A stretch of 63,731 nucleotides of DNA, counting the filler, from Malassezia furfur (taxonomy: Eukaryota): assembly GCA_052055015.1 (NCBI GenBank). It is 4 parts of 4 records of this genome, joined end to end, with 100 filler letters (N's around TTAATTAATTAA, not from the genome) between each part and the next. Parts side by side here need not be neighbours in the genome. Positions count along the whole stretch, not along the records: positions 31,983 to 47,861 come from JBQJIT010000259.1; 3 more parts are not named here. One strand, 5' to 3'. The position numbers and the translations under genes are program-made. Below the pieces are notes generated by a model. That model saw only the letters and a program-made list of their open reading frames with translations, did not search any database and was not told the origin of the DNA. This document shows positions 35,063 to 46,521 of this stretch, one piece after another (position 1 is the first letter of the stretch; each line of letters opens with the position of its first letter).

Positions 35063-36652
35063 TCACACGCTCATGCGCATGTCAATTTTGCCGTGCGGCT
35101 CATAGCCAATGACCTCAAAGTCGTCCACGCGGAAATCGTCAATGTTGCTCACATCCCGTTTAATCTTAATTGTGGGGAAGGGTCGCGGCTCGCGCATCAG
35201 CTGCTGCTGCAACGGCTCAATATGGTTGAGGTATACGTGAGCGTCACCCATGGCCAGCGTGAATTCGGCCGCTTCGCATCCCGTCACATGTGCGATGAGG
35301 TGGGTGAGTAGCGCATAACTTGCAATGTTGAAGGGCACGCCCAACCCCAGATCGCACGAGCGCTGGTACATCTGGCATGAGAGCTGCGGCTTGCGTCCCA
35401 CCGCCGCCTCTTCAGGGTTCGGCAGGGTGACAAAGAATTGGCACAAGATATGACAGGGTGGCAATGCCATGAGCGGTAGGTCAGGCGGGTTCCATGCGGA
35501 GAGCACAATGCGGCGGTCAGTGGGGTTCGTCTTGATTTGATGAATGACCTGTGCCAGCTGGTCTACACCCTGCCCCGTATAGTCGGTGTCGGCGTCGACG
35601 TACTGGGCGCCAAAGTGCCGCCATTGGAAGCCGTACACCGGTCCCAAGTCGCCCGGACGACGGTGTCCGAGTCCGCGACTCGCGAGGAATTCGGCGGAGC
35701 CATTGCCATCCCAGATGTGCACGTTGCGCTCCGCCAGCCAGTTGGCATCCGTGTTGCCCGAAATAAACCAGAGAAGCTCTTCGAGTACGCCACGGAAGAA
35801 AACGCGTTTGGTGGTGAGCAGCGGCAGCGTGTGGTCGCGCAAGCTGAACTTGAGTACAGAGCGCGGCGCGAACAACGCGCGCGTCCCTGTGCCGGTGCGG
35901 TCTTGGCGGATATTGCCATTGCGGATGACATTCGCGACGAGGTTGAGGTATTGCATCTCCTCGTGGCCCGTGCTCGGCGTGTGTGGGTAGAGCTTGGGCG
36001 AGAACATGGCCTTGAGAACCGGTTCTTCGAGGGAGTGGTGCGCGTAATCCAGAATCGCGACACCAGTGGTATCCATGTCGAACAAGGCACCGGCCTGGAC
36101 GGGTTGGCGCAGGTAGCGTGCGATGAGCACACGGCTAAAGTGGCCGTGCGTCACAACTACCACGTTGTGGTTTTCTTCGTGGAATTTACGCACACGCGCC
36201 AGGACGCGGTCGGCGCGTGCACCGACTTGGTCGGGCAGCTCACCTGGCTGATTGGGATCAGTTTCGCTGTCGGGACAACCATCGCGGAACACGTCCCAGC
36301 CGGGGCGCGTCTTCTGAATGTCCTTCGTCTTGACACCTTCGTACGCGCCGTAGTCCCATTCGCGCAAGTCGTCATCTACCAACACGTCTGGAAGGTGCTT
36401 CTGTTTGCGCTCTTCTTCTGAGCCAAAGACGGCATTGGTAGTCTGCTCACAGCGCAGGCGCGGGCTGCGTACCAGGCGATGCATGGCGTCGAGATCGATC
36501 ACTGCCTCAGGACCGCGCCCGACGAGCTGTCTCCCGAATGCCTCGGCCTCCACGACACCTTCAGCAAGTAGTGGTATATCCGTGCGGCCCGTATGTTTCC
36601 CATTTTTAGACCATTCTGTAACGCCGTGCCGGACAAGAATCAGACGTGGCAT
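35063..36652 (-). CDS. CDC21: Bifunctional fusion: histidine phosphatase (Shb17-like) + thymidylate synthase
   Basis: N-half [43 protein letters not shown]-half [61 protein letters not shown]; one stop-free 529-aa ORF. Confidence 0.93.
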   Translation of the reverse strand: MPRLILVRHGVTEWSKNGKHTGRTDIPLLAEGVVEAEAFGRQLVGRGPEAVIDLDAMHRLVRSPRLRCEQTTNAVFGSEEERKQKHLPDVLVDDDLREWDYGAYEGVKTKDIQKTRPGWDVFRDGCPDSETDPNQPGELPDQVGARADRVLARVRKFHEENHNVVVVTHGHFSRVLIARYLRQPVQAGALFDMDTTGVAILDYAHHSLEEPVLKAMFSPKLYPHTPSTGHEEMQYLNLVANVIRNGNIRQDRTGTGTRALFAPRSVLKFSLRDHTLPLLTTKRVFFRGVLEELLWFISGNTDANWLAERNVHIWDGNGSAEFLASRGLGHRRPGDLGPVYGFQWRHFGAQYVDADTDYTGQGVDQLAQVIHQIKTNPTDRRIVLSAWNPPDLPLMALPPCHILCQFFVTLPNPEEAAVGRKPQLSCQMYQRSCDLGLGVPFNIASYALLTHLIAHVTGCEAAEFTLAMGDAHVYLNHIEPLQQQLMREPRPFPTIKIKRDVSNIDDFRVDDFEVIGYEPHGKIDMRMSV

Positions 36653-36826
36653 GCTTCGTGAAACCGTGGCGACGCGCGACGCGGGCGCGGCGGCGGGCCC
36701 CGTTGTCGGCCGAAATGGGCGGCCACGCGGCGAGGCTTCGTGAGTGTTTGTCTTAGGCGACGACGTCTTGTGCGCCTAGGTGCATTCCACTCGAACCGGC
36801 TTATCCTTGCCGTTTCTTGTGCCACC

Positions 36827-39800
36827 ATGGACTCACGTCCTCCTATGATGCGGGGGCCTTCGCCTCGCCCACCCGCGCAGGGTATGTTGTCCACCTCCGT
36901 CTCACCTCTAGGCGTTCGCCCCCCGGCTGTCCGTCCAAACGGCGTTCAAGGCGTGCGGCCACCGACGGCTGTGGGTGCACAGACAGTGCGTCCCACAGCC
37001 GGCGCTGCGCCAACTCCTGTGAACCCGCGCGTGGCGAACCCGAGCCGCAGCCCGATGCCGCAGGCGCGTTCGCCGCGCCCGCCCACGGCACCAATGCCTC
37101 CGCGCTCGCCTCGCCCACCTGCGGCGGGCGCCACCGGCACCAGCGCACCGTTGCCTCCTCGGTCGCCGCGTCCGCCCAGTGCGGGAACGCCGCTGCCGCC
37201 GCGCTCGCCGCGTCCCCCCGCGCGTTCGCCGGCACCCGGGAGCCGTCCTGGCGCAGCACAGACAGGTCTGGAGAGCGGGATGAACCGGATGGCGGTGGGT
37301 ACGCCTTCGGCGCCTGGCACGCCCTCGGCAACGCCCGTTCGCCCACCGATGGGTCCGGCGCGGTCGAAGCGCGCCGCCCGCGCGTACCATCAGGACGCTG
37401 CGCCGGCCTCATCTGGCTGGAACGATGTCACGGCGCGTCCGCCTCCGCCGCAGGCGGCGTGGCAACAGGACCCTGCAGTCGCGCGTGGTCCTGTGAACAC
37501 GGCGTATACGCCGACTGTCCCGACTGGAGGTCTTGATGCGGACAGTGCGCTCGATCAGATTCCCGGGCAGCGCAATTCCATTTCGCAGGCGCAGCTGATG
37601 GCTAACCGCGCTGCGCTCGCCGCGCAGAACGGTGGTGTGGTTCCACCAAATGCGCCACGTTTGCCAGGGATGCCGCCGAACGCGATGCCACAGGTCGCGG
37701 GCGCCGGTACCGCCATGGGCGGTGCGCCGGCGATGCCCACGGCGCAGAGTGCGCCCGTGTCCGGCATGGGCGCCCCCGGACAGGGCGCGCGGCCCAAGAT
37801 CGACCCTGACCAGATCCCCGCGCCTGTCGATGCACAGTACGCCGACCAGCAGTTCTTCAACCACGAATTCTTTGGCACGTGTAGCCGTGAGGGCCTGCCA
37901 TTGAGCACGACCAACTTTGCGGCGATCGACCAAGGGAACTGCTCGCCGAAGTTTATGCGGCTGACGACCTACTGTGTGCCGACCACCGACGAGGTCGCCG
38001 CGACGTCCAAGCTGCCGATCGCGCTCACGGTACAGCCGTTTGCGCAGCTACGGGCCGACGAGGCCCCCGTACCACTGGCGCAGCTGGGCGAGACCGGTCC
38101 ACCGCGGTGCAAGCGGTGCCGTGCGTACATTAACCCGTGGTGTCTGTTTGTCGAGGGCGGCATGAAGTGGATCTGCAGTCTGTGTGGGAACGCGACGGAC
38201 GTCGCGCAGGACTACTTCTGCAACCTGGACATCTCAGGGCGGCGTGTGGACCTAGAGATGCGCCCCGAGTTGACACACGGCTCGGTTGACTTCCCCGTGC
38301 CGACCGAGTACTGGGCGGTGCAGACGTCGCTCGACGTGTCGCACATGCTGCCGACGCCCGCAGGGGTGCTCGGTGCCAGCACGCTGCAGCTCACCACCCC
38401 GTCGCGTATGCAGGAGAGCGTCGAGCGCATGGCGGACAACCTTGCGAACGACACCGACGACCCTGCAACCAAGTCGGCGGCGCGTGCCGCCAAGGCCGCG
38501 GGCGAGGCGGCGCTCGGCACGCTGAACCTCGGCAAGGGTCAGACGACCGTCCGTGCGCCGCGTCCGCTGACGTATTTCTTCGTGATCGACGTGAGCTTCA
38601 GTGCAGTGCGCTGCGGCGCGCTGCAGGTGTGCTGCCAGGCGATCCGCGAGGCGCTGTATGGCCCGGCCGAGGGTGCGCCCACCGACGCAAGCCCCGGCTT
38701 TGGCTTGCCGCCCGGTAGCCGCGTGGGCTTTTTGACGTTCGACCAGGCGCTGCACTTTTACAGCTTGGATTCTGAGCTGGGCCAGGCGCAGATGATGGTC
38801 ATGGCGGACCTTGCGGACCCTTTTATCCCGATCTCGAGTGGTCTACTTGTCGACCCGTGGGCGTCGCGCTCGGTGATCGAGTCGTTGTTGCGTGACCTGC
38901 CGACCAACTTTGCCAACACTACCTCGTCCGAGGCGGCGCTCGGTGCCGCGCTGCGTGCCGCCGAGGCGACGCTCGCCGCCATCGGCGGACAGCTCAACCT
39001 GTTCTTGTCGACCATTCCGACGGTAGGCCCTGGCAAGCTCAAACACCGCGAAGACACCAAGCTGTACGGCACGGACAGCGAAAAGAACCTGTTCGGCGTG
39101 CAGGACGCCTTTTACCGGCAGCTGGGCGAGGAGTTTGCACTCGCCGGCGTTGGCGTCAACACTTTCTTCTTCCCCAGCCAGTACATTGACGTCGCGACGA
39201 TTGGGCACATGACTGCCGAGACCGGCGGAGAGGTGTTCTTCCACCCCCGCTTCGACCCGGTGCGCGACGGGGCGCGCGTCATTGCCGAGGTGCAGCGCAC
39301 CGTGCTGCGTGAGACGGCGTACAACGCTACGATGCGCATCCGCTGCTCCACAGGGCTCCGTATTGCGAAGCACTACGGCAACTTCCACCCCCACTCGCTC
39401 ACCGACCTTGAGCTCGGGACGTGGGACGCGGACAAGGCGCTCACCGCGCTTGTCAAACACGATGGCAAGCTGGACGAGTCGCAAGAGGCCTACTTCCAGT
39501 GCGCCGTCCTGTACACCACCGCCACGGGCGAGCGCCGCGTGCGTGTGCATACCATGGCCGTGCCGGTCACCTCGGCGCTCGGCAACGTGTTCCGGTACGC
39601 CGACATGGACAGCGCCATGGCATTCTATGCCAAGGAGGCCGTCACGTTGGCGCACACCAAGTCGCTCAAGGACGTGCGGAGCTACCTCACGTCCAAGTGT
39701 GTTGCCATCCTCACCGCGTACCGCCGCAACTGTGCGTCGTCGACGAGCGCGGGGCAGCTCATCCTCCCTGAGAGCTTCAAGCTGTTCCCGCTCTACGTCC

Positions 39801-40539
39801 TTGCGCTGATTAAGAACAAGGCCATCAAGGGTGGGAACGTGACGTCGGACGTACGTGTGTACTTCATCCGCCTTCTCCTCGGCTTGAGCGTCGGGTCGAC
39901 CATGGCGCTGCTGTATCCGCGCATGGTCGCGCTCCACCGCCTTGCGCCTACGGACGGCGAGCCGGTACTACCGCGTGAGGGCCTCTCTCCCGAGAAGCAG
40001 GCGGAGGAGGACGCGCTGCTGAAGATCACCGAGTGCCCACATCTGATGCGCCCGAGCTATGCGCGCATGGAGCCTCACGGTGCCTACCTCCTCGAGAATG
40101 GCGAGTGGTGCTTGCTCTGGCTCGGCGCCCAGGTCTCGCCGAAGCTGCTCGAGGACCTGTACGGCGTCGGCTCGCTCGACGAACTCGACCCGCGCATGAC
40201 CAGCTTGCCGAACCTGCCCACGAAACTGTCCAAGCAGGTACGCAGCATGATTGCAGGCTTTGCTGCACAGCGCTGCAAGCCGACGCTCCAAGTGATCATT
40301 GCGCGCCAAAACCGCGACGGGAGTACGTATGCCGCGCCCAAGACTGACCGCAGTGGAAGTGGAACTCGCCAACAACCTCGTCGAGGACCAGAACAACGAC
40401 GCAATGAGCTACGTCGACTACGTACGTATTTTGCTTGCTGACCCAGCTCTGCTATGTGCATCGCGTCATCTCGTCGGACCTGACCTCGGCCAAGTCCGAG
40501 GAAAGCGGCGGCTCGTCGCTCTGGAAGGGCTTTTCGTAG
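36827..40539 (+). CDS. COPII coat Sec24-family protein (Sec24C/Sfb3-like); introns 36882-36911 (in-frame), 40323-40353, 40422-40446
   Basis: Pro-rich N-terminus, DQGNCSPKFMR, zinc finger RCKRCRAYINP..WICSLC, trunk FVIDVS, QLILPESFKL, gelsolin-like end; spliced C-terminus LVED..SYVDY/LCYVHR. Confidence 0.92.
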
Positions 40540-40730
40540 CACCCGCAGTTCTCTGATGACTAAGCTCGCGTCGCGATGCGGGGTCCACCAATCAGCACCA
40601 AGCGCTATAGCTTCTTCGCACGCAGCGCGCCGGCTCCCCCTCCTTGACGCTCTACAGCGGCGCGGCATGACGCTCGCGCACTAGGTACGGCCCAGCAGAA
40701 CAGCGCATCGAAGCACCCACTCAAGTTATC

Positions 40731-41842
40731 ATGCCATCAGGAAATTCGGAGCATGCAGCTCCAGCAGAGTCGGGCAGCGCATTCCAGTGGTCTACATTTA
40801 TCGCGGGCGGCGCTGCCGGTGCCGCAAGCCGGACAGTCGTGAGTCCGCTCGAACGGTTGAAAAGTAGGTTGCCACGCTTACCCAGTTATCATGTACGTCT
40901 CCTGACTTATACAGGCAAGTCCAGCCGACGCCGGCCAAGGGCGAAAAGCATGCCTATTCGGGCGTCTGGAACGGCCTGAGCCGCATCTGGCGCGAAGAAG
41001 GCTTCCAGGGATTCATGCGGGGAAATGGGATCAATTGCCTGCGTATTGCGCCGTACAGTGCTGTGCAATTCACCACCTACGAAGCTGTAAAGGGGTGGCT
41101 CTCGCACCCGGTCGCGATCGAGACCATGCTTGGCGGTACGGAGCGAACCGAGCACACCGAGACCAAACACAAGGGGCTGGTGCAGCTCGTTGCGGGTGCC
41201 ACAGCAGGTATTGCCAGTGTTGTATCAACCTACCCGTTGGATCTTGTTCGCTCGCGTATCTCGATCGCGTCCGCGTCGCTATACCAAATTGAACACTCTG
41301 GCCGGCCACACGGGCCCCTCCATGTACCTGGCGTGGTGGAGATGACCGCCAAGGTGTACCGCGAAGAGGGTGGATTGCGTGGGCTGTACCGTGGATGTGT
41401 GCCGACCAGCATGGTGCGTATTGACTACTGCTCACCACAGGGCGTTGCCCCCTACGTCGCATTCAACTTTTACTTCTACGAGCATGCGCGGACCTTCTTT
41501 ACCGATGCCGACGGCACACCGCCCGGCGCCCTCATGAAGCTCGTGTGCGGCGCATGGGCGGGGGCAGTGAGCCAGACCCTTACATACCCACTGGATGTCA
41601 TCCGCCGTCGTATGCAGGTGGCAGGCATGACTAACTCCAATCTCGGCTATCAAGACAAAAGTAAGTCGCGCGTCACTCACGCAGGCGGCATTGATGCCAT
41701 CCGCAACATTGTGCGCCGGAGCGGAGTCAAGGGCCTCTACTACGGCCTGATTCCCAACCTGCTCAAAGTCGCACCCTCGATGGGTACTTCGTTCTTGACG
41801 TACGAAGTCGTGCGCGGCCTTCTTGTCCAATACGATCTCTAG
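40731..41842 (+). CDS. Mitochondrial carrier (CoA/adenine-nucleotide type, YPR011C/SLC25A42-like); introns 40864-40885, 40893-40914, 41414-41440, 41661-41684
   Basis: FIAGGAAGAASRTVVSPLERLK/IIM/QVQ, RGNGINCLRIAPYSAVQF, YPLDLVRSR, YPLDVIRRRMQ: three carrier repeats. Confidence 0.9.
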
Positions 41843-41975
41843 GATTCCACGGCATCTTTCCGTCCAGAGTGTCTTTTTTTTCGACTGTCTATCATCGTGC
41901 GAACTACTAATCATAGACGAAACAGTGGTGGTTTTACTACCAGGTCATTGCATAAAGAGGGCATCATGTCCATGT

Positions 41976-44681
41976 TCAGATGGGGCGAATGTTGCCGGCA
42001 TTCTGGTTGGACAGGTTCAGGTGTTGCTGCAAATTGGAGCGCACCGGCATCTCACGGGGACCCGTCAGGTGCGAGGTGTGCGATGCAGCCGACGACAGAG
42101 GCGCCGCAAAGGGTGTCGGACTCGCGGTGTTCATGCGCTGCTGGTCCTGTGCCGTGTTAGGGTACAGCACTGGGCCCGGTGGAGAGGCCAAGCCCGTCGA
42201 CGAAGTGTTTGGCGCCACCGACCACGCTTGGCTCCGCGGAAGTTCGTTTATCGGGATATTGTCCGAGTATTGCGGTTCCTGGGGCAGGACCTTCTGGCTG
42301 TTGCTCGTGGGCAGCGTCGCATACGAGCCCATTGCATGGTGCTGACCAAAGGTGTCGTTCGGGTCGTGGAACGACGCGTGCGAATCGTTGCCCTGCATCA
42401 TACCGATCCGCGACTCGTCCACCGTCTGGTCGGGGCGCAGGCTCTCGTTGGTCTGACTTGCCCAAGGCATCGCACCCAGCGCGCCCGACTGCGCTGTGCG
42501 CTGCGCGGGTGCTGCGTTGCGGTTGTTACCGAGTGCAGCGTACTTGCTGCTGCCACCGCCTGTGCGCCGACGGTTACGCAGGTACAAGAGCAAACCTGCC
42601 AATGCCAGGATCACACCGGCCACAATACCAATCACAATACCCGCAATCGCACCACCCGACAGCGAATTGTGATTGCCTGAGCTCGAGTTGCCCAACGAGG
42701 CTGCCGACTGGCTCACCTTTGCGTCAAATTTGGGGTTGTTGACGGGCTTGGGCAGCGGCGGCGGCGTGTCGCCCGACTTGATTGTGAACGGTACCAGACC
42801 CTTGTTTTCGCCACCGATCATCACCATCTTGCCCATGCTCGGCACACCGTTGACCGTCACAAAGAACAACGCGGGGCCAGGCACGAAGATGTTCTGGTTG
42901 GTGGGCATCGGGTTCACAATAAACGTCACATCGCCGCTGTCCTGCACTTCGTACGACAGGTCGAGCTGCAGCGAGCGCTGACCAAAGTTGACGGCGTGCG
43001 TTGAGAAACCGGGGCGAATGACAAACACCTGCGTCCGGTTTGCGAGCTGGTTTGCCTGCTTGCCCATGAAGCTCGCGGGGACCGTAACGTTGAAGGGGTC
43101 ACCACCGTACTTGATGTACTTCGGCACATTGTTCACCGGCGGGCGCGGCTCAAAGTAATACTTCGGGTACCATTGCTCGAGTTCGTACGTCGTGTTGAAG
43201 CCCTGGTACTTGGAGTTGAGGTTTTGCGGCACGGTCGCCACGTCGTTGTGGGGGTTGGAGCCTGCCACAAGCACCGAACCGTCGGGAATGAGAATCGCCG
43301 ACGAGTGGTACAGACGTGCAATAGTCGAGTTGCCGAAACCATCGTAGACCAAACGCTTGCCCTTCGGCTGGGTCGGGTCATACACCACAGGGCGATACGT
43401 GGGGTTCTGCGCAAAGCCCTCGAGATACACTTTGTTGCCGTTCGTGTCTTGCGCCTGATTCCAGGTGGTGTTACCGTAGCCAGCCGTGCCCTTTTCAGCA
43501 CCGTTCACAATCACCATGGTTCCATCCGGGAGCTGGATGAACTGGCCCATCGAGCGGCCTTCGGGGAGATCCTCCTCGTGCACATAGTTGACATTGTCGC
43601 CAGCGCTACCATCGCTCTTTTCCGGCGTGATCGAGTGGCACTCAGTGTTGGCCGTGTGGTGATACATGTTGATACCGGGCGCAGTGTAATTCCCCCATTT
43701 GTCGGCATCGACCGTCGAGCCACCACAGAAGAGGATCGTAGGGGTGTAGTTATTTGCGGGCGTCAACGGAAGCATGGCCGTCGCAGCCGAGGCAGGGTAT
43801 ACGCGAATAATTTCGCCCGGCATGTCCGGCAGGCCCTCTTCCTTGTTGTTGTACGGGTCCCAGAGGGTCGTACTGTAGTTGGCCTGCATGAAGATCTTGC
43901 CCGAGGGCATGAGGTAGGTGTGTGGGTACATGTTCAAACCACTGGTGTTGACCATGAAGTTCGATTTGGCCGGTTGTGGCTTGTTCGTCGGCGGCCAGAA
44001 CTCGTACGAAGGGTTGGCACCACCCTGCGTCCAGTCACCCTCGACGAAGTTGGTCGACATTGTCTCATAAGCGGGGTCGACGTTGGGGAAGTTGCGGTTG
44101 ATATAGCCACCACTCGTCGCACCGCCAATGATCACCACCGAGCCGTCCGCGAGGCCTTCAATACCCGGGTACCACCGCTCCGAGTCCATCTGGTTCGGGC
44201 TGTTGTACTGATCGATCCACTGCAGTTCGCCCGAGTTATCCGCTGGCTCCATAATACGAACCACACGGCGACCATCTTGGTCATGGTAAGGTGCATAAGG
44301 CCCCGTGTCACCACCCTGAGGGGTGGCACCACCGTACGAAACGGCCTTGTTACCACCGACAACAATATACGTGCCGTTACCAAGCGTCATACCGGCGGCA
44401 CAGAATGGGTTTGTGGCCGCATCCAAGCCCTTCATGCTGAAGTCGGTGAGGTTGACCAACGAAGACCACGTCGGCTTGCCAGTGTTGGTCAGTTTCTTAT
44501 TGCCCTCAACCTTATCGAGAATGAATGCGGTATTCTCGTCCGCAAGACCGAGCATCATAGCCGATGCCAGCGAGTCTTGCTGGACGATCTTGTAGGTCAG
44601 CGGTTTCCCATCTGTTTGCTGGCCGCTAGCACAGCCGCACAAGGCGAGTGAGAGCACCACTGCCGAATATAAACACTTCAT
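41976..44681 (-). CDS. Membrane-anchored copper radical oxidase (glyoxal oxidase, AA5_1; Glo1-like)
   Basis: Signal peptide MKCLYSAVVLSLALCGCASG; NPFCAAG (Cys), RWYP (Tyr), ARLYHSSA (Tyr-His), FSTHA (His); C-terminal TM helix GAIAGIVIGIVAGVILAL. Confidence 0.9.
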   Translation of the reverse strand: MKCLYSAVVLSLALCGCASGQQTDGKPLTYKIVQQDSLASAMMLGLADENTAFILDKVEGNKKLTNTGKPTWSSLVNLTDFSMKGLDAATNPFCAAGMTLGNGTYIVVGGNKAVSYGGATPQGGDTGPYAPYHDQDGRRVVRIMEPADNSGELQWIDQYNSPNQMDSERWYPGIEGLADGSVVIIGGATSGGYINRNFPNVDPAYETMSTNFVEGDWTQGGANPSYEFWPPTNKPQPAKSNFMVNTSGLNMYPHTYLMPSGKIFMQANYSTTLWDPYNNKEEGLPDMPGEIIRVYPASAATAMLPLTPANNYTPTILFCGGSTVDADKWGNYTAPGINMYHHTANTECHSITPEKSDGSAGDNVNYVHEEDLPEGRSMGQFIQLPDGTMVIVNGAEKGTAGYGNTTWNQAQDTNGNKVYLEGFAQNPTYRPVVYDPTQPKGKRLVYDGFGNSTIARLYHSSAILIPDGSVLVAGSNPHNDVATVPQNLNSKYQGFNTTYELEQWYPKYYFEPRPPVNNVPKYIKYGGDPFNVTVPASFMGKQANQLANRTQVFVIRPGFSTHAVNFGQRSLQLDLSYEVQDSGDVTFIVNPMPTNQNIFVPGPALFFVTVNGVPSMGKMVMIGGENKGLVPFTIKSGDTPPPLPKPVNNPKFDAKVSQSAASLGNSSSGNHNSLSGGAIAGIVIGIVAGVILALAGLLLYLRNRRRTGGGSSKYAALGNNRNAAPAQRTAQSGALGAMPWASQTNESLRPDQTVDESRIGMMQGNDSHASFHDPNDTFGQHHAMGSYATLPTSNSQKVLPQEPQYSDNIPINELPRSQAWSVAPNTSSTGLASPPGPVLYPNTAQDQQRMNTASPTPFAAPLSSAASHTSHLTGPREMPVRSNLQQHLNLSNQNAGNIRPI

Positions 44682-45503
44682 CGTAAAATGAACCATTTGT
44701 GGTAACCCTGAACGCACACCACGGATGTGTGTGTGCTGTGCAAAGTCAGGCGTCACACCGGGGTCGATAGAAAGGGAGAGGTACGGTGCGATACGCGCGT
44801 GATACACCGAGTCTTGTTCCAACTACCGACGTTTACAAGCTTTAAAAACGCGTGTGCAATTCCGACGACAACACGCCATCGCAGCGAATCAGGGACCAGT
44901 CCAGCACGTGCTAGAATCTGCCCCTAATTGTGGCACATACCTTTGCACGGCCAGGGCTAAGACCTGGGATTCCTTTGCGATATTATTCGATGTAGAAATT
45001 CCCGCAGACAACGCTACTCCCTCGCTGACCTAATGGACGGGCCATATTCGCGCCTTGAGACGCAAATCGACGCATATCGGCAACATCCACCTGCAAGGAG
45101 CACTGGTAGTACATGAACGCCCGAGCCACTGCAGCTCTCATCGCCCGATCTTGACCACGTGGTTCATTCCACGGGCCTGTGTGCGCCACGACCTTGACTA
45201 AAGCGGGGGAGGGCAGGCTTGTCGGCCGGCGTGATAGGCAGCGGGGACGCGTGCCATGTGGTCCCCGGGCAGGTGGGGCAAAGCTTGACCTTGACCTTGG
45301 CACCTAACTGATCGTTGTGGCTCCGCTTATTCCAAGCTTGTAGACAGGGTTGTGGCGCTAGTGTGACGACTTCTGGTTCGTTTCTGCTTTGTGTCTTGTG
45401 TTTGTGGTGTCGCCCTCTTCCCGCGCGCATCGATCGCCTTCAGTTTGGATTCGCTCCCCTACTCCAAAGAAACGTCTCTTAACGTTCCCATTCACGACCT
45501 AGC

Positions 45504-46118
45504 ATGGCTAAAGTTTACGTTGGAAACTTGAGCTGGAACACGACCGATGACGGTCTTGCACACGCGTTCAGCCCTTATGGTCAGCTCACGGACTACATCG
45601 TGATGAAGGACCGTGACACGGGTCGCTCGCGTGGTTTCGGCTTCGTTACGTTCATGACGCAGCAGGAAGCTGATGCTGCGATCGCTGCTCTGAACGAACA
45701 AGAGCTCGATGGCCGCCGCATTCGTGTCAACATGGCCAACTCCCGCCCTCCGATGGGCGGTATGAGCGGTGCCAACCTGGGCTACAGTGGCCTTACCGGT
45801 GGCTACGGTGCAGGTGCCTACGGTGCCGCGCAGGGTGGCTACGGCGCATTTGGTACGTATGATCTTGCACGGTGCACTAACACATCAGTTGGTGCGCAGC
45901 CGCCTAACTTTGGTTATGGCCAGCAGGCTGGCTATGCCGCCTACCAGCAGCAGCCTTACGGGGCACAGCCTGCTGGCTACCCCGCCCCACAGGCGGCGTA
46001 CCCTGCCCAGCAGGCAAACTATGCCGCGTACGGTCAGCAGCCTTATGGCGCACCTGCGCAAAACTACCCGCCACACCAGCCACCGCAAGGCGGCGCAGGC
46101 TATGGCCAAGGTTACTAA
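45504..46118 (+). CDS. Glycine-rich RNA-binding protein (single RRM + G/Y/Q-rich tail); in-frame intron 45853-45888
   Basis: RNP2 VYVGNL, RNP1 RGFGFVTF, prion-like QPYG tail. Confidence 0.9.
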   Translation: MAKVYVGNLSWNTTDDGLAHAFSPYGQLTDYIVMKDRDTGRSRGFGFVTFMTQQEADAAIAALNEQELDGRRIRVNMANSRPPMGGMSGANLGYSGLTGGYGAGAYGAAQGGYGAFGTYDLARCTNTSVGAQPPNFGYGQQAGYAAYQQQPYGAQPAGYPAPQAAYPAQQANYAAYGQQPYGAPAQNYPPHQPPQGGAGYGQGY

Positions 46119-46521
46119 TTGGCCATCTGTGCAATTATTGAGCGCGGGGTACTGACGTTCGCGGCTGCTGATATTACTGTAAAGTCCCCATCCTCTAGTT
46201 CTTCCAGCACGTTTCGTGTTGCAGACATTGCTCGTTAATTTGGCTGGAGTTGCGGATGATAAAGTCTGTTTCTTAGTACGCGTCGTCGAAGCCGTCGGGT
46301 CCCGCAAAATGATCTCTTATGCACCCTTCCGAAAATCACGATGCCATCGGGCCATTGTTTCGTTCGTCTATCTGTAAACTTTGCCCCTCTTATGCTCCAA
46401 TGCCATAGTGCGCCCAGAAACATAAGTTCTTTCCATTATATTCTGCTCTACAAGGTATTTATGCGTTTGCGCAGAGTCAACCTAGGGCAGGTAATTTTGG
46501 AGTAGTCTACAATTGGTTTCC

